Assembly (NCBI GenBank): GCA_965178125.1
Contig: OZ237765.1
Location: 186,001-250,000, forward strand
Length of the DNA stretch: 64,000 bases
Direction of reading: 5' to 3'
Source of the DNA: Bilabrum cf. latius
Lineage: Eukaryota
Made by a program: the position numbers and the translations under genes. Shown here in pieces: positions 1 through 13,216 of this stretch. The notes under the pieces were generated by a model that was not told the DNA's origin, made no database searches, and was given only the letters and a program-made list of their open reading frames with translations. Position 1 is the first letter of the stretch. The number at the start of each line of letters is the position of its first letter.

Positions 1-279
1 AACAGGCTTTTCAAATCGATCGCTAGGCGGACACAGCGTCTCTCCGCTGGCATCATCCAAATTCACTAGCCACGAGCAGATGGCGTCCGGCGTGCACGGC
101 TTGATCCACTGCGCCTGGTCTCCTTGCTTCTTCTTGCAGCCGTATGTCTCCCAGTACACCACATTCCGAAGCGCCCAAATAATACTTTCAAGTGATTTCA
201 CGCACTGCAGACTCGTTTGAAGAAAGGCAAACTTGTGGCAGAAGAAAATGGGAGGCATGACTGGCCGCTGTGAGGACAT
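1..279 (-). CDS. Possible partial coding exon running off the left window edge, unknown product
   Basis: Open minus frame (…LQCVKSLESIIWALRNVVYWETYGCKKKQGDQAQWIKPCTPDAICSWLVNLDD…) reaches position 1. No recognisable motif. It may begin at the ctgcag acceptor near 205 rather than at an ATG. Confidence 0.3.
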   Translation of the reverse strand, partial: MSSQRPVMPPIFFCHKFAFLQTSLQCVKSLESIIWALRNVVYWETYGCKKKQGDQAQWIKPCTPDAICSWLVNLDDASGETLCPPSDRFEKPV

Positions 280-888
280 TTGCACGGTTGCTGCTCACTG
301 CTCTCTATTGCTCGGGCGTTTTAAGTCCCCTGCACGTGTATGGTTGACCCTATTCATGGTTTGAAAGGACATACGTGCACACCGCGCACATGTCAGAGGC
401 CTATCCTAGCTAGGATTCTTCTGCCTCTCCCTCCTCCGGCTAGTTCAGCTGAATGAGGGACATCACATCGCTCTCGCCCCCTTCAAAGACTGCCTAACTC
501 GCATCCGTCACGTGCCGGGCGAGCGCCGTGGGTAGCTCAGCTTGCGCCCCCTCCCCGTCCGCGTTCGATCGAAGCGATGCTCGATTTGCTTGGTGCCTAT
601 TTCTCCGACCCTACGCCTAGTTGCTCGGGCGAAACCCAAACGAAACCCCAACACATAGGCAAATCACCAAAAGTACTGGTCCCATGGGCCAGAGGACCCA
701 GTTATTGGGAGCCTGAGCTGCGAAAGCCAGCACACATCCGATATACATAAAACCGCACGTTACCCCCAGAAAGTGCAACTTGCATAAACTTGATTATTTT
801 CCCACTGCATCACGCCGTGATAAGCTGCGATAGCGTAGTAACAGAGTGGCCGCAATCGAATCAAGCATACAAGTTTGGCCGTCAAGTG

Positions 889-3800
889 TCACTGGCCGCC
901 ACCACGCCCAAGCCGCTGTTGCTGCGCCCCTTGCAGTGCGTCCGTCAGCTGTCGGATGGTGTCGAGCATCTAACGACGGGGCACTTGCGCGGCGCCTCCA
1001 CCTCCGGAACCAGTTGCCTGTCCAGACTATGACCCAGCCTCACTTCTGATCGAAGTCCCCGTCGGACCGGGGTGACCCCCTCGTCTCCTCCCAGGGGAAA
1101 TCCCCCCCCTCAACCCCGCGGGGGTGGACTCCGCCCGTCGCAGCACGGAGCGACCCGCCGCCAGCGCCGCGGCGTGGGATGGCTTTAGGCCCCCCCTTGG
1201 CGCCGATCCGCGTGCCAGCTCTTTTGCGAGGGGGGTGATCGCGTCCTCCTCCTCCTCCTCCTCCTCTTGCTCTGCCCCTGCCCCTGCCCTTCCAACTCCC
1301 AGCCCGCTGCGGTTCCTCATCGACCCCCGGCTCCGGCTCCGGGTCATGCCCCCCCTCCCGAGCGCCAGACGACTCACATCGTCTTCATCTTCATCTTCAT
1401 TCTCACCGTCGCTGCCCCCAAGGTACCGAACGAAGGCCCCACCCCCCGCCGACTTGAACCGGCGCAACCCCCTGTCCCTGTCCCTGCCAGTACCCTCTTT
1501 GCCTGCGGAACCGGCGACGCGACCTAAGGACCGGGCCCCCGGCGATGCCCCTGCGCTTAGGTCCCGCCCCGCTGCGCGGCGCCCCTCGCTGCGACCTCTT
1601 TGCGGAACCTCACCACGGAACGACCGGTCCCTGTCCCCGTACCCCCTTGCCCTATCAGTTCCCTGTCCCTGCTTATGTCCCTGCTTCCCACGACCCCTGC
1701 CCCGGCCCCGGCCTCGACCAAGCCCAGCCCCCGCAGCGGCGCGACCTCCGGCCCCTGGCCTCATGGCCCCTGCAGCCGCTGTGGATGATCTCGTGAGAGT
1801 GCCCCGCCGGCCATACCTGTAGAACTCAAGCGCGGGGGGCCCGCCCGGAGTGCGCCCGCCCCGTTGTTCCCTGGACCTCCCCAAATCCTGCTCGCCCCCC
1901 TCCCCCTCCCCTTCCCCCATGGACGTGTCATCATCCCCATCCAGCCCAAGCCCGAGATCATCACCCTCACCCACTGCACGGACACCATCGTCGCTGGGAC
2001 TCCCGCCGTACTCATCTTGATCTTCATGATGTGTACCGTCATACTAATCACCGTCATGCTCATGCCTGCGATGCTGCTCCTCGCCGTCGTCCTCGTCCTC
2101 GTCCTCCTCCAGAAGCGCCTCTCGGATGGCTGGAGGCGTGCGGCGACCGCGATTGCCCGCGCCACCGTGCAGTGCACCGCGCTCCCGTCCCAGCTCCGAA
2201 TGTGCCCTGCGCATGCCCATCCCCCCATGCCCCCCAATTTGTTCCCTGGATGCCGCCCTGGGTCCCAGCGGCGGTGCCCTGGCTTCCAGCTCCTCCAGAA
2301 TCCCCTCGGCGAGCCGCTTTACCGCCGGGCTGCCGTCCTTCTCTTGCAGCAGCCGCTGCACGATGGACCTGACCGAGTCCCCCCTGTCGCCTGCCTCCAT
2401 TGGCGCCATCTGCAGCGGGGCGGGGGCACTGGCACTGGCAGTGGCTCGGGGCTCCTCACCATCGCCCAGATCCGGGGTGAATGGACCGGCGGCGGAAGCG
2501 TCGACTGGCTGGGAGGCTTGATTTGATCCCTGTCTCCCGCTTGTTCCCTGGGACCCCCTCGCCAGCGCCCGCTCGGCCTGGTCCATGGCCGCCTTGGCCC
2601 TGTGCCACTCGGCCGCCTTGGCCCTGTGCCACTCGGCCGCCTTGGCCCTGTGCCACTCGGCCGCCTTGGCCCTGTGCCACTCGGCCGCCGCCTCGGCCGC
2701 GAGGTTGCGATCCGTTGTTCCCTGGTGATCCGTTGTTCCCCGGGACTGTGGTTGCTCGTTCTCTCGAGTGGGGCTGGGGGATGCGGACGACTGCAGCGCA
2801 CTGCGAGGCTTGGGGGGCCGGTACGGCTCCGGCTCTAGCTCTGGCTACGATTCCGACGAGGAAGCGGGAGAGGCCTCCATTGCGGAACCAAAGGCGCCGC
2901 TCATGCCACCAGTTCCGTGGGCGCCGGCCGCCGCGCGCAATTCTGCGCCCCGGGAGTCCAGGAGTTCACTCGTCACACCGTCTGCCGAGCTCGATTGGGA
3001 GGGCACCCGACCGCGCCACCGTTGCTGGCGCGATGGCTCCTGCTGCCATTCGGGGACGGTTTCAGTGTGACGACTGGATGGCGTGCCCCGATCCTCGTCC
3101 TCCTCCCCCCACTGCGCCTGCGCCTGCGCCCGCCTCTCTCCTGCTCCGGAAGGGGGGGCCGAAGACGGGGATGGGGTGCGCGATGCGGGGCCGTGTGAGT
3201 GGGCATGCCCTCCCCCCGCGGTCACGACCCCCAGTGCCCTAGCCGCCAGAATGGCTCTCTGCATCCTCTCCCTCGCCCCCGCCCGCTGGAGGTTCACTCC
3301 GTCGTCGGGCCCCCGCAGCCGCACAGCGAGCTCCTGTGCCTTGGCCAGTCTTTCTTGCTCCGAGTCAGGGAGCACGCGGCTCAGTCGTTGTTCCCTGTGC
3401 ATGCGGGCCGTGAGCAGACCCCTGCGGCCAGCTGCCTGGACCCCAGCCAGGGCAGTGGCAGTGGAGTGGGAAGCAGGCGGCGGGGGGCCCTGGGAAACGG
3501 AGCGATGCGGGGGAATGCGGCCGGGGTGCACTGCACTGCCGCTGCGGGGGCCGCCCTCGGACTGCGAGCGGTCGTGAAGGTGTGACGAGTGGGGCCCCCT
3601 GTGCATCCCCGGGGGCGGCATCGTTACAGCGCGGTGCACGGGGCCGGCGATAGCGGCGCCGCGCAATGCAGGTTCCGCCTCCGGTGGCGCATCATCGTCG
3701 TCTGCTGCTCCATATCGCTCCGTATCATTTCGACTCGGGGTCCTGCTGCGGGTCGTCATCTCGATACCAGTCGTGTCGGCTGCCGGTGAGCTTTGATCGT

Positions 3801-6800
3801 CGCGCCGTCCGGGAGTGTTGGTCTGTTCCCCGGAGCCGGGGCCGGGCGGAGCGAATGGCCTGCGGCTGCCACTGGCTCGCTGCATCAAGTGCATTGGATT
3901 GCGGTGCTCAAAGCCCTCGTCACCCTCCTCCTCGGCTGCCTGCACTCCGGAATTGTGACCAGGCTGACCCTGCTGCACTCCTGCATAGCCGGAGGCAGCC
4001 GAAGACCCTGTGTCACCAGGCTGCTGGGAGGGAGCTGGCGCAGCTGTCACTGAGGAGGACTCTGGCAACGGGTGCTGTCCCTGCGCCTGCCCCTGCCCCT
4101 GCGCCTGCCCCTGCCCCTGCCCCTGGCGCTGCCCCTGCCCCTGGATCGCAATCGCTCTCGCCTGCCCCTGCACGGGCAGCAGCGGGTTGCCAACCATTTC
4201 CATTCCGAGTCCCTGAGCCGCAGCCACGGCGGCCTCGATCGACAGCCGGCGCCGGGTGGCGCGCCCCGCCTCCTTTTGCTTCTCCTACTCTTCTCCTTGC
4301 GCGTCGCTCTCGGCGACACGCTTGGCATCAGGATCAGAGCCCCCTGCGGCTGCCGCAGCCGCTGCACCACCATGCAATGCACTCCTCTGTTCCCTGGAAG
4401 CCTCCTCTGCCCGCATCACCGCCGCTGCCGTGTCCTTGCCCACCTGCGCGGCCAGCTCGGCCTCCTTGCGCCGGAGAACAACAGAGGTCCGACGCTCCAC
4501 CAGGTGCAGCGTATTGCGGTGCAGATCGCTGCCCCGGCTGACGCCCTCTACCGCCGCAGCAGCGCCCCCCGCGGGTGTTGCAGAGTCGGCTGGCCCCAAC
4601 TCGGCTCGTGCGGCCCCAGCTGAAGCCAACCCCCCCTTGCCCGAGGCACTCCCCCCCTCCTCTCCCTGCACCGACGACCCCTCGATGATAGCACCCTCCA
4701 CGATCCTGTAGGTCTTGAGTCCTTCCACCGACTGCACCATCCTTCCCCTAGGGCCAGAGAAGTCCCCCCTCTGGATTGCCACCAGCGGCTGCAGCACGGA
4801 ATCGACCTCAGTGTCGTTCATACCCGCTAGCACGCCGATGCCCATCTGCTGCATCTGGCGGAGGAACTGCGGCTCGACCAGGTTCCTCTTGAGCTTGAGT
4901 CCGAATCTCTCCAGCCTCTGAAGGCACTTTTTCCGGAGCCTGGCCCCGAACGTCAGGTGCTCCCCGATGACGTAGTTGATGTCCTTCCTGTCTATGATGT
5001 ACAGCTCGACGTCAGTGACCGCCTGCACAGTAAGCAGCCTCACGGAAGAGAAGAGGCAGTCTATCCCGCCCACGAATGAGCCCTCCCCCAGTGCCACGAT
5101 CTTCTCCATGCCCTGATACAGGTTCACCACGCCACGGGTCAGGAAAGCCATAGAGGTCGCGTAGGTTGCCTCCATGAACACGTACTCGCCCTTGTTGATG
5201 ATCTGCTTCCGCAGTCGCTCCAGGACTGACGCCTGCACGGCCTTGGGCTCGGCTCGGAGCAAGGGCACCTGCAGCAGCAGGGTCTGATTTGTCAGCAGCA
5301 CGACCTCTTCCCTCAGCGCCGGACTGAGCATCTCGAGCATCTCCTTTGTTCTCTGAGAAGCCCTGCCCTCGTCATACCTCGCACTCCGGTCGAAGTGTTC
5401 CAGGATCCGAGCTTTGAGAGCCCGTGGCAGGCGAGCATCCCGCATGAAATACTCGAGCTGCTGCTGCCTGCGGGTCAGGTCCGTCTGCGACCTGTCGATC
5501 GAGTACAGTACCTGGGTCATGGAGGCAACCAGGAAGCCAGACCACACGAGACCTGCGAGCATCACGAAGATGGCGAGAGCCACCTCGCCCTAGGAGAGGG
5601 GCACCACGTCGCCGTAGCCGACCGATGCCATGGTGGCCACCGCCCAGTCTGCGATGCAATCGGAGGCAGAAATCAGCAAGAAACGAGAGTCATGTGTGAC
5701 GACAAAAACACACCGGCAGGCGGAGCGAACACCGGGACAATGACAGCTACGGAGTACGGCAGCGAGGAGCATGAGCAACCAGTGCAACGGAGCACTTGCT
5801 CAGCCTGGGGCGAGCACGCTGCGCTCCTCTCACACAAGGCCCAGAGATACCGCACCAGCGGATCTCCCTCGGATATGTTGTTGTCCACCTCCGACATCCA
5901 GTTTGGATTGCCCCCATCAAACTCGAGCTGTCCCACGAACGCGAACAGGCCAGCTGTCCAGTGCAGGAACAGGATGGCCCAAAAAAAAGTCCCCGCGATA
6001 CGCCCGATCGCCGGGTGAGCGTCCGTTGCCGTTCCTATGTTGGACAGGTGCTTGCCCAGCCGAGCGACCCTCACGATCCGCAGCAGCCGCAGAAGCCGCA
6101 GAAGCCGGATCGCACGGGGCAGCTTTGCGAGCCTGCCCAGGTCGTTGATGTTGCTCGTCTGGTCCTGCGTGTCACCAAGGATCCAGTCGATTGGGATGCT
6201 CGCCACCAGATCGATGACGAACCACCCCGTGAAATAGTTCCAAGCGATCGATCCCGGCTGCACCACGATCTGATCCTTCTCCTCGTCCACGTAAGCCGAG
6301 CAAAAGTTCACGCAAATGTCGATCACGAACACGGCCCAGATCCCGATCTCAATCCCATCCCACACGGCAGTCTGCTCCACCTGCAGCAGGATCAGATATG
6401 GCGTGACGATTGCCACGTACAAAAGCGGAACCATGAGGAAGGGCTCCCAGAACTGCCTGAAGGGGTGCCACGGGAGCAAGATCCACCAGTTGAGCTTCCC
6501 CCGGAGGCGAGTGCGGAGCAGGTGCTCCTCGGCGTCCTCGATTGCCATGATACCGTCCACAGGATCCAGTCCCCAGTCCGCCACGTCATCCTTAAAACCC
6601 CTCAGGGTTGCGATCACCTTGACGAGGCGCTGCACCTTGCGCCATTTGCTGCCCGGCTTGAGCGTCCGCTAGGTGCGCCACTGCCCGTTGGGGCAGAATA
6701 CCTGACCCCTGTGCTGCTCGATGGCTTGCACCCGCTGCTTCAGAGGCGCGCTCGCTCGCACCATGCCCGAGGCTCGCGGGTGGATTCCGCCGTCGCGGTC

Positions 6801-7070
6801 GTCCATCGTGCTCGCATTCAAGTTGTCGTCGCGGCCCACTGGAGTAGAAGCGGGGCTCTGGCCGCTGTCTCCTGCGAGAAATGCGGCTCGCTGCTCTGGT
6901 GATATGTTGCCACTCACGCTAGCTACGGTTGGCATTGAGGTGCTGGTGAGTCGCTGCTGGCTGCTGGGAGGCGAACGGCTTCTGACGTCGATATCTCGTG
7001 CGGTCGCAGCCGCTTTGCTCTCATGTGACGGCGATGAAGCGCCGGCTGCCCCGGGTGAGCTCTGACTCAT
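889..7070 (-). CDS. Voltage-gated K+ channel with cyclic-nucleotide-binding domain (EAG/HCN/CNG-like) and long low-complexity C-tail, about 1998 aa
   Basis: ATG 7070, intron 5833..5649 (GT..AG), stop TGA 891-889. S4 motif RLAKLPRAIRLLRLLRLLRIVRVAR, pore YWAVATMASVGYGD, C-linker and CNBD (GEYVF…LGEGSFVG…VQAVTDVELYII). Requires read-through of 7 in-frame TAG (6669, 5590, 4285, 2845, 2044, 1027, 970), one of them between the pore and S6. Confidence 0.9.
2587..2688 (-). repeat. 24-bp coding tandem repeat x4 encoding (AAEWHRAK)n
   Basis: Unit ggccgccttggccctgtgccactc is repeated exactly four times within the channel C-tail. Confidence 0.95.
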
Positions 7071-7477
7071 GCTGAGTCTAAGTAGGTTCCGGTGCAAGTA
7101 CCCTCCAGTGCAGCGCTCTTTGCTCGGTAAACCTCAGCGAGACCTTTGGTAACCAGTGAGCGGGTCTGCTGTATCCGACACGGTTGGAATGGATGATTTC
7201 CAATGAAAGGCTTCCCAAGCTGATATTAGTCCAATACCTAGCGTCGTAGATCGGTGGAATAACCTTCGAGTCAATCGGCAGTGAGGATAATCAAGTTCAA
7301 GAAAACGGAAAGGACGTCGTGTCGCAACCTGTTGCCTGGTCGCAACCAGTTTGCAATATAGCACGTTACCATTAATCAAAGTAAGAATAAATAGCCAGCA
7401 TACAAACATCACGCCCGTACGCGCCTGGATTCGACGCTACAACCGCAGTATCTGTTCAATCTATTAAAATCTGTAGA

Positions 7478-10400
7478 ATGGAGCTTCGGAGAAGCTAGAA
7501 CCTTCCACGAAGACGTAGGTTTGGCAGAAATATGTGGCTGCGATGGACTGCTGCTGTTGGCATCATTGTGTCCTGCTCTATCAGTTCAAGTGAGTGTACG
7601 ATTCAACTTCCGAACAACAGTCTGAATATTTGTATCCGTCGCTATATGCTTGTGTACTCGCTGATGCGTAGCATCGCGTTCCAGTGAGTTTGGCAGCTTC
7701 TCAACCCCACACCGCAGGCATGGCGGCTTGCTAGAATGGCGGAACTCGTATCGAAGCTGGCAACGGCCTCGAATCTCGTTGCAAATGCCCCACGGGATTT
7801 GCTGGGCGGAGCTGCGAGGTTCGATTGGGATCTATGTCGGCGGCTCACTCGGTCGAGCGCTCTGATGCTAGCCCACCGCTCGAAGCGATGCTCTCCGGCG
7901 GGCCCATCGTAGACCTGAGCTTTGGTGCATTTCCCCAGGCCTTGCCCCGTTTTCGATCGAAGCGATCCAGCGGGTTTCAGCCGATCGAACCGGACCCGCT
8001 GCCGCAACCTGCCATACCTCCTGCCCCGGCTGCTGCCGAGCCAGTAGGCCAGGACAGTCCTGCATCGGAAAGCGAGGTAGGTAGTGAGCTGGTGGACAGG
8101 AAGTCCACCGGAATCCAGCAGCAAGTGCTGTCCCCAAGAGGCACGGGGGCGGAGGCGGTGGCTGTGGGCGAGCAGGAGAGGCAAGGGCAGGAGAGCCTGG
8201 GACAGGACTAGGATAGCATCGAGCAGCAGCAGGACCATGACCAGGACCAGGAGCAGGAGTAGGACGCCATCGCTGGCGTGTCATCCAACCTTGTTTCCGT
8301 TGGATCCGACCCAGCTAACACTGATGCAGTGGGAAGCAGTCTAGAGGCTGGCCTTGCGGAGCCCAGTGGCGGCGTGGGTGCGGCAGCTGGGGAGGGACAG
8401 CAGCCTGGCGACCAGGGTGCATCGCACGATGGTGACTGCATGGGGCGGGCAGAGCCTCCGACCGGGTGCCCTGGCAGTCAATCGTGGGACCCGGCAGGGT
8501 GCCAGTGCACGTGCCCGCTGGCCTAGATGGAGAGCGGAGGAGCGGCGGATGCTGCCGATGGAGTCGTTGGTGGATCAGGATCAGGACCTGCCTGCCTGCA
8601 CGGCGGTACCCTAGACCCCATCAACTGTGAGTGCCAGTGTCCACCAGGGCGGACTGGCCCTCGGTGTGACGAGTGTCCGCGGCAGGACTGCGCCCACGGC
8701 GGTACCTGGGACTCGGAGTAGTGCCGCTGCAGCTGCCCTGTTCCCTGGAGGTGGGAGGACCACTGCGCCACGTGCCCCGTCCGCCGCTGCCAGAACGGGG
8801 GCACTTTTGATTCCGAGTCGTGTAGGTGCGCGTGTTCCGGTTTGTGGGAGGGTGAGGACTGCGGCACTTGCCAGCCCCTCGAGGCCCTGGCCCTCAGGGG
8901 GGGGCTTGCGGGTGCAGCGCAATGCGGCGCAAAGGGGTTCGACCGCCTGCTGTGCGCGTGCAGGGAACAGTGTCCCCCGCGAGACTGCCAGCACGGGGGG
9001 GTGCAGGACCCGGAGTCGTGCGAGTGCGTGTGCAACGCCGGGCAGCGGGGCCACTGGGGGCACGCGGCTGGTGCGGTGAGCACGGTGAAGGCCGGCGCGG
9101 ACATGAACGTACACATCGGAGGCGTAGCAGTGCCAGAAAAGGACCAGAGTGTGCTCTCCGATCAGTCATCCACAGGGAACAACGCGGCCGGGAGCCTGCT
9201 GCTGCAGCAGGCGCCGTCCGAAGCTAGCATCCGTGGCGCTGGCGCTGGTGCTGGTGCTGGTGGTGCCAGTGCAGGCGCGTCCGATTCTCAGCTTGCGCTG
9301 CTGCTGGCCTCCCTGGGTGCAGGCCCAGGGAACAAGGGGTCCGAGGGCCGTGGGCACGTCCTGCTGTAGTCTGCTTCTCGTGACCCCAGCGTGGGGTCCA
9401 GGGGGATCGCCCTCCCCGAGAGGGTCATGCCATCGGTGGCGGTGTCCATCGGCGCTGCTCCTCAGGGAACACGCACAGGGAACAAGGATGGGCTAGTGCG
9501 GACGTTCTGGTCAGGAGACCGCTGCGAGCTGTGTGAGGCGCCCTCGGACGTCGTGCCAGCTGGTGCAGCCGCTCTGAAGGTGCTGGGGGCTGCAGGGAAC
9601 AGTGAGCTTGCAACCAGCTCGGGCGCCCACGGGGATGCCCTGTCCTCTCCTTCGTAGCTGTTGCTCTCGCTGTGGGGCGCCCGCGGCGGATCATCCGTTG
9701 GATCGGGCCGCGTCATGGGCCAGGGGCAGGCATTCGTGGCCCCCCGCAGCTGCCCCCCCTTTCACGTGTTTGACCACCAGGCGTGCGGCTGCAGGCCTGC
9801 ATGCCCAACGGACATGTGCAAGAATGGCGGTGAGCCGGTCATGCTGGTCGGCAAGGGGGCAACGGGGGCATCGCAGGGTGCCTTTGGTGCCGCAGTCGCT
9901 GGTGCCGGCGCTTCTTCTTCTTCTTTCTCAGGGAACAAGCAGCAGCCGCAGTGCGGGTGCAGGTGCCCTGTTCCCTGGTCCGGGTCCACGTGCGAGGTGC
10001 GCGGAAGCGGCTCCAACCCAGCCTCCTCGGCCAGGTCCTGCCTCGCCGTCAAGCGGCTGCGGCCGGAAGCCCCCAGCGGCCTCTACTGGGTGAATCCCTC
10101 CGGTGTGGACCCCTTGCGGAACGCCATCGAGGTGCACTGCGACATGGAGGGAGACGGCGGCGGGTGGCTCAGGCTGGCCAATGTGGGCCCAGCCCTGGCC
10201 GCACGCATGCTGGACGGCAACACGTACACCCAGGGTACGCTGGCCCGCCGGGGAACAGAGTGGGTGTTGCCGTGCACCCGGCTGGCGGGCATGGACGGGG
10301 CATCGGCCGCACTGTCGGTGCGGGATGCCGAGGTTGCAACCACCCCGGAGGATGCCCAGCCGGCCTCCCCCCGCCGATTCGTGCTGCGGGTCACCATGGG

Positions 10401-12554
10401 AGAGGCTGTTGACTACTTTAGGCCCCTAGGGTGGCGGCGCGAGGGAAACGGAACCGAGCTGTTGGACCAGACGCACTCGTCACACCCAACTCTGTGTGAG
10501 GTGCTGCGCAGCCACGGTCTTCACGAGTGGGCTGGGCGGTTCCGCCGAGACATGGTGGGCGGGCACCTGACCAAGCAGGATGCGGCCGCGCTGGGGCATC
10601 AGGGAACAGCGGAATAGCGAGCAAGCGATGCAGATGAATCGACGGGCGAGGACGGCCAATCGCAAGACGAGTAGGAGAAGGAGGAGGAGGAGGAGAAGGG
10701 TACCAGCGACACCAGTGAGAGTGAGAATGAGAGTGAGAGCGAGGGCGAGCAAGGGGGGGGTGACGAGGAGGAGGAAGGCAGCGCCGACGCAACCATGGCC
10801 ACCACCGCTGCCACAAGCGGCCAGTCCAGTCAAGAGGGGGGGGCAGAGGCTGCTGAGATGGAAGCAACCGACGGCGGGCCGTCACGAGAGGAAGACCAGA
10901 ACAGTGGAGAGTAGCAAGCCGAAGGTGCCGGGACCGAGGCCCGCTTCGCGTCCCGTAGGTCCGTACTCGATTCCCAGCAGTACTAGCAGCAGCAGCAGCA
11001 GCAGTACTAGCAGCAAGCGCCCACTATGGGTGTGGACGGGCAAGCCACCCAGGCGGACAACATCGCGTGGGGCTAGCCATAGACCCAGGCGTACCAGCAG
11101 CAGCTGCAGGCCTTGTAGCTTCAGTAGATGCAGCAGCAGTAGTTGTAGCAGCAGCAACAGGGGCAGCAGTTCCCGATCCAGACCGGGTGGTATGCGGGCG
11201 GTGACATGCGGTTCGCGGGGGCAGGAGAAGGGGCGGGGGCAGGGGCAGCGCCTGGCGCGGCATCGCCGACTGACCCTACAGAAGCACAGGCGCAGGCACA
11301 GGCGCAGGCGTACATGCAGATGCAGATGCAGCAGCAGCTGGCCATGATGGCGGCCTCATAGCCCGGACAACAACAGCAGCAGATGCAGCAGCAGCAGGCT
11401 GCCGATCAGGCCAGGTTCATGCAGGCACCGCAGGGCAATGCACCCGGCATAGCGCCCGGCATGCTGCCCCCCATCGCTGGCATGGTCGCTATCCCCCAGC
11501 AAGCCCAAAGGCAGCAGCAGCAGCAGCAGCAGCAGTTGCCTGCTATCCAGGACATGCAGCGCTTCAGGGAGGTCAGCCCACCCATCGGGGCACCGCCCGC
11601 GCCTGCCGTACCAGTGCCCCCACACATGGGTCAAGCGCAGAGACATGCGCAGGGGCAGGGGCAGGGGCAGGGGCAGGGTAGGGCTGTGCAGGCGCTGCTG
11701 CAGTCATCATCGTCGTCTACTTCCTCGTCGTCTGTGGACGCCGCCGAGGCCGCGGGTCACTCGTCACACGGTCGCCGGCTCAAGTCGATCAAGTGGTCAG
11801 GTCTGGTGGGCTCAGGCGGTGTTCAGGGAACAATGCAACCGGGGGCGGCTGGGCCCGTGTCCACCCAATCGCAAGCAGCGACCGCCTCCGTGCGGAGAAG
11901 TGGCCGCGACATGCGGCTGATGCGCGCCGAGGACGGTGTGGCAAGCGAACATCTCGCCGAAGGTTCGTCGGGATTCGAATCAGATACCGAGTCGGAGTCG
12001 GAATCGAAGTTCGGGCCCGGCGGCAGCGCGGGCTCCACCATCCGCCCGCGCACCATCTCTGCGGCCAAGGCTGCCCTGGGCGTCAGGGTGCCAGAGGAGG
12101 GCAAGAAGGACACCAACAGCACTCGTCACACCGATGACAGCAAGAAGCAGGCGAGCGCGGGGCAGCTGCCCCGGTTCGCCAGCGCGAGGGGTCCATCCCT
12201 GGGCCCGATCGTGCCGCTCTCGTGGCCGGCTTTAGAAAGCGATGGCAGCGAGCAGGACCAGGAGCAGGAGTGGGAGCAGGAGCAGGAGCATCCATCATAG
12301 GGAGGGGGTGATTCAGGGGAGGAGGACGAGTCAGAGCAGCTGCTCGGCGCCACGATCGCCATTGACACCCCGGACTCGCCCATGCCGGGGCTAGCACCAA
12401 GCAGCGCAAGCGCAAGCACCAGCACCAGCGGAGGACAGGGGGGGCGATCGGTGGGCGCCGCTCCGCTAGCGCTTGCCCCGCCCAATGTGCCGATGGACAC
12501 ACCCGCAGAGGCGAGAGCGGCAGAATCGGCCGCCCAGGCCTCCATCCTGGCCCT

Positions 12555-12587
<33 letters not shown>

Positions 12588-13074
12588 TCACCAGGTGGGT
12601 GAAACAGGTGGTGCAGCCGAGGCAGGCGGGCATGAGGCGGGCGCGGCGCTGCTGCTGCAGTCCTCGGCAGACTCTCCCAATCGCCTGGAGGATCCCAATA
12701 GTGCGTGGACAGCGCCTGCCTACGTCGACACGGTCCTGAATCCGCAACTGTCGGGCGTGCTGGGCGGGTCTAGGAAGAACTGGCCCCTGGGTGTGGATGG
12801 GAGGATGTACCTGCCCTTCTGGGGAGGGAACAGGGGGGGCTGCTGCCACCAGAAAAAGGGCGGAAGCATTGCCAGGTAGGCCCAGGATGGGGAGGGCGGT
12901 AGTGTGCAGGCTGACGAAGGCAAGTGGGGCCTGCAGTTTGCCGTTGACGTGATCGAGGTCGACGCCGAGCTGTACGAGAGCGGCGAGGACTTCGCGTTCG
13001 GCGAGCATCTGCACGGGCAGCAGGCTCATCGCGAGCAAGAATCGAATGAAAACGACCCTATGAACAGGGTTTGA
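7478..13074 (+). CDS. Large secreted or membrane-anchored protein with EGF-like Cys repeats, a fibrinogen-related-like domain and poly-Q regions
   Basis: ATG 7478, N-terminal hydrophobic stretch, intron 7590..7717 (GTGAGT..GCAG), stop TGA 13072-13074. EGF repeats C*NGGT…CKCPTGFAGRSCE, CLHGGT, CAHGGT, CQNGGT, CQHGG, CKNGG. SCLAVKRLRPEAPSGLYWVNP…EVHCDMEGDGGGW is the typical start of a FReD-like domain. 22 in-frame TAG and no in-frame TAA or TGA. Confidence 0.85.
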
Positions 13075-13216
13075 TATAATTGTATTCCATTTCGGTCCCG
13101 CCTTAATTGCGAATTGTTGACGAATCGTAGTGATCGGATTAAGCCCGGTTGCAACCTCCAGAAAGCAAAGTCCCGGCTCGACTCGGTCGCACCGCATCGC
13201 AGCACACTTACGGGCG

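Noticed and set aside
10975-11160. Pyrrolysine or programmed read-through
   Set aside because: TAGs are too numerous, have no common downstream context and occur in repetitive Gln tracts of a eukaryote.
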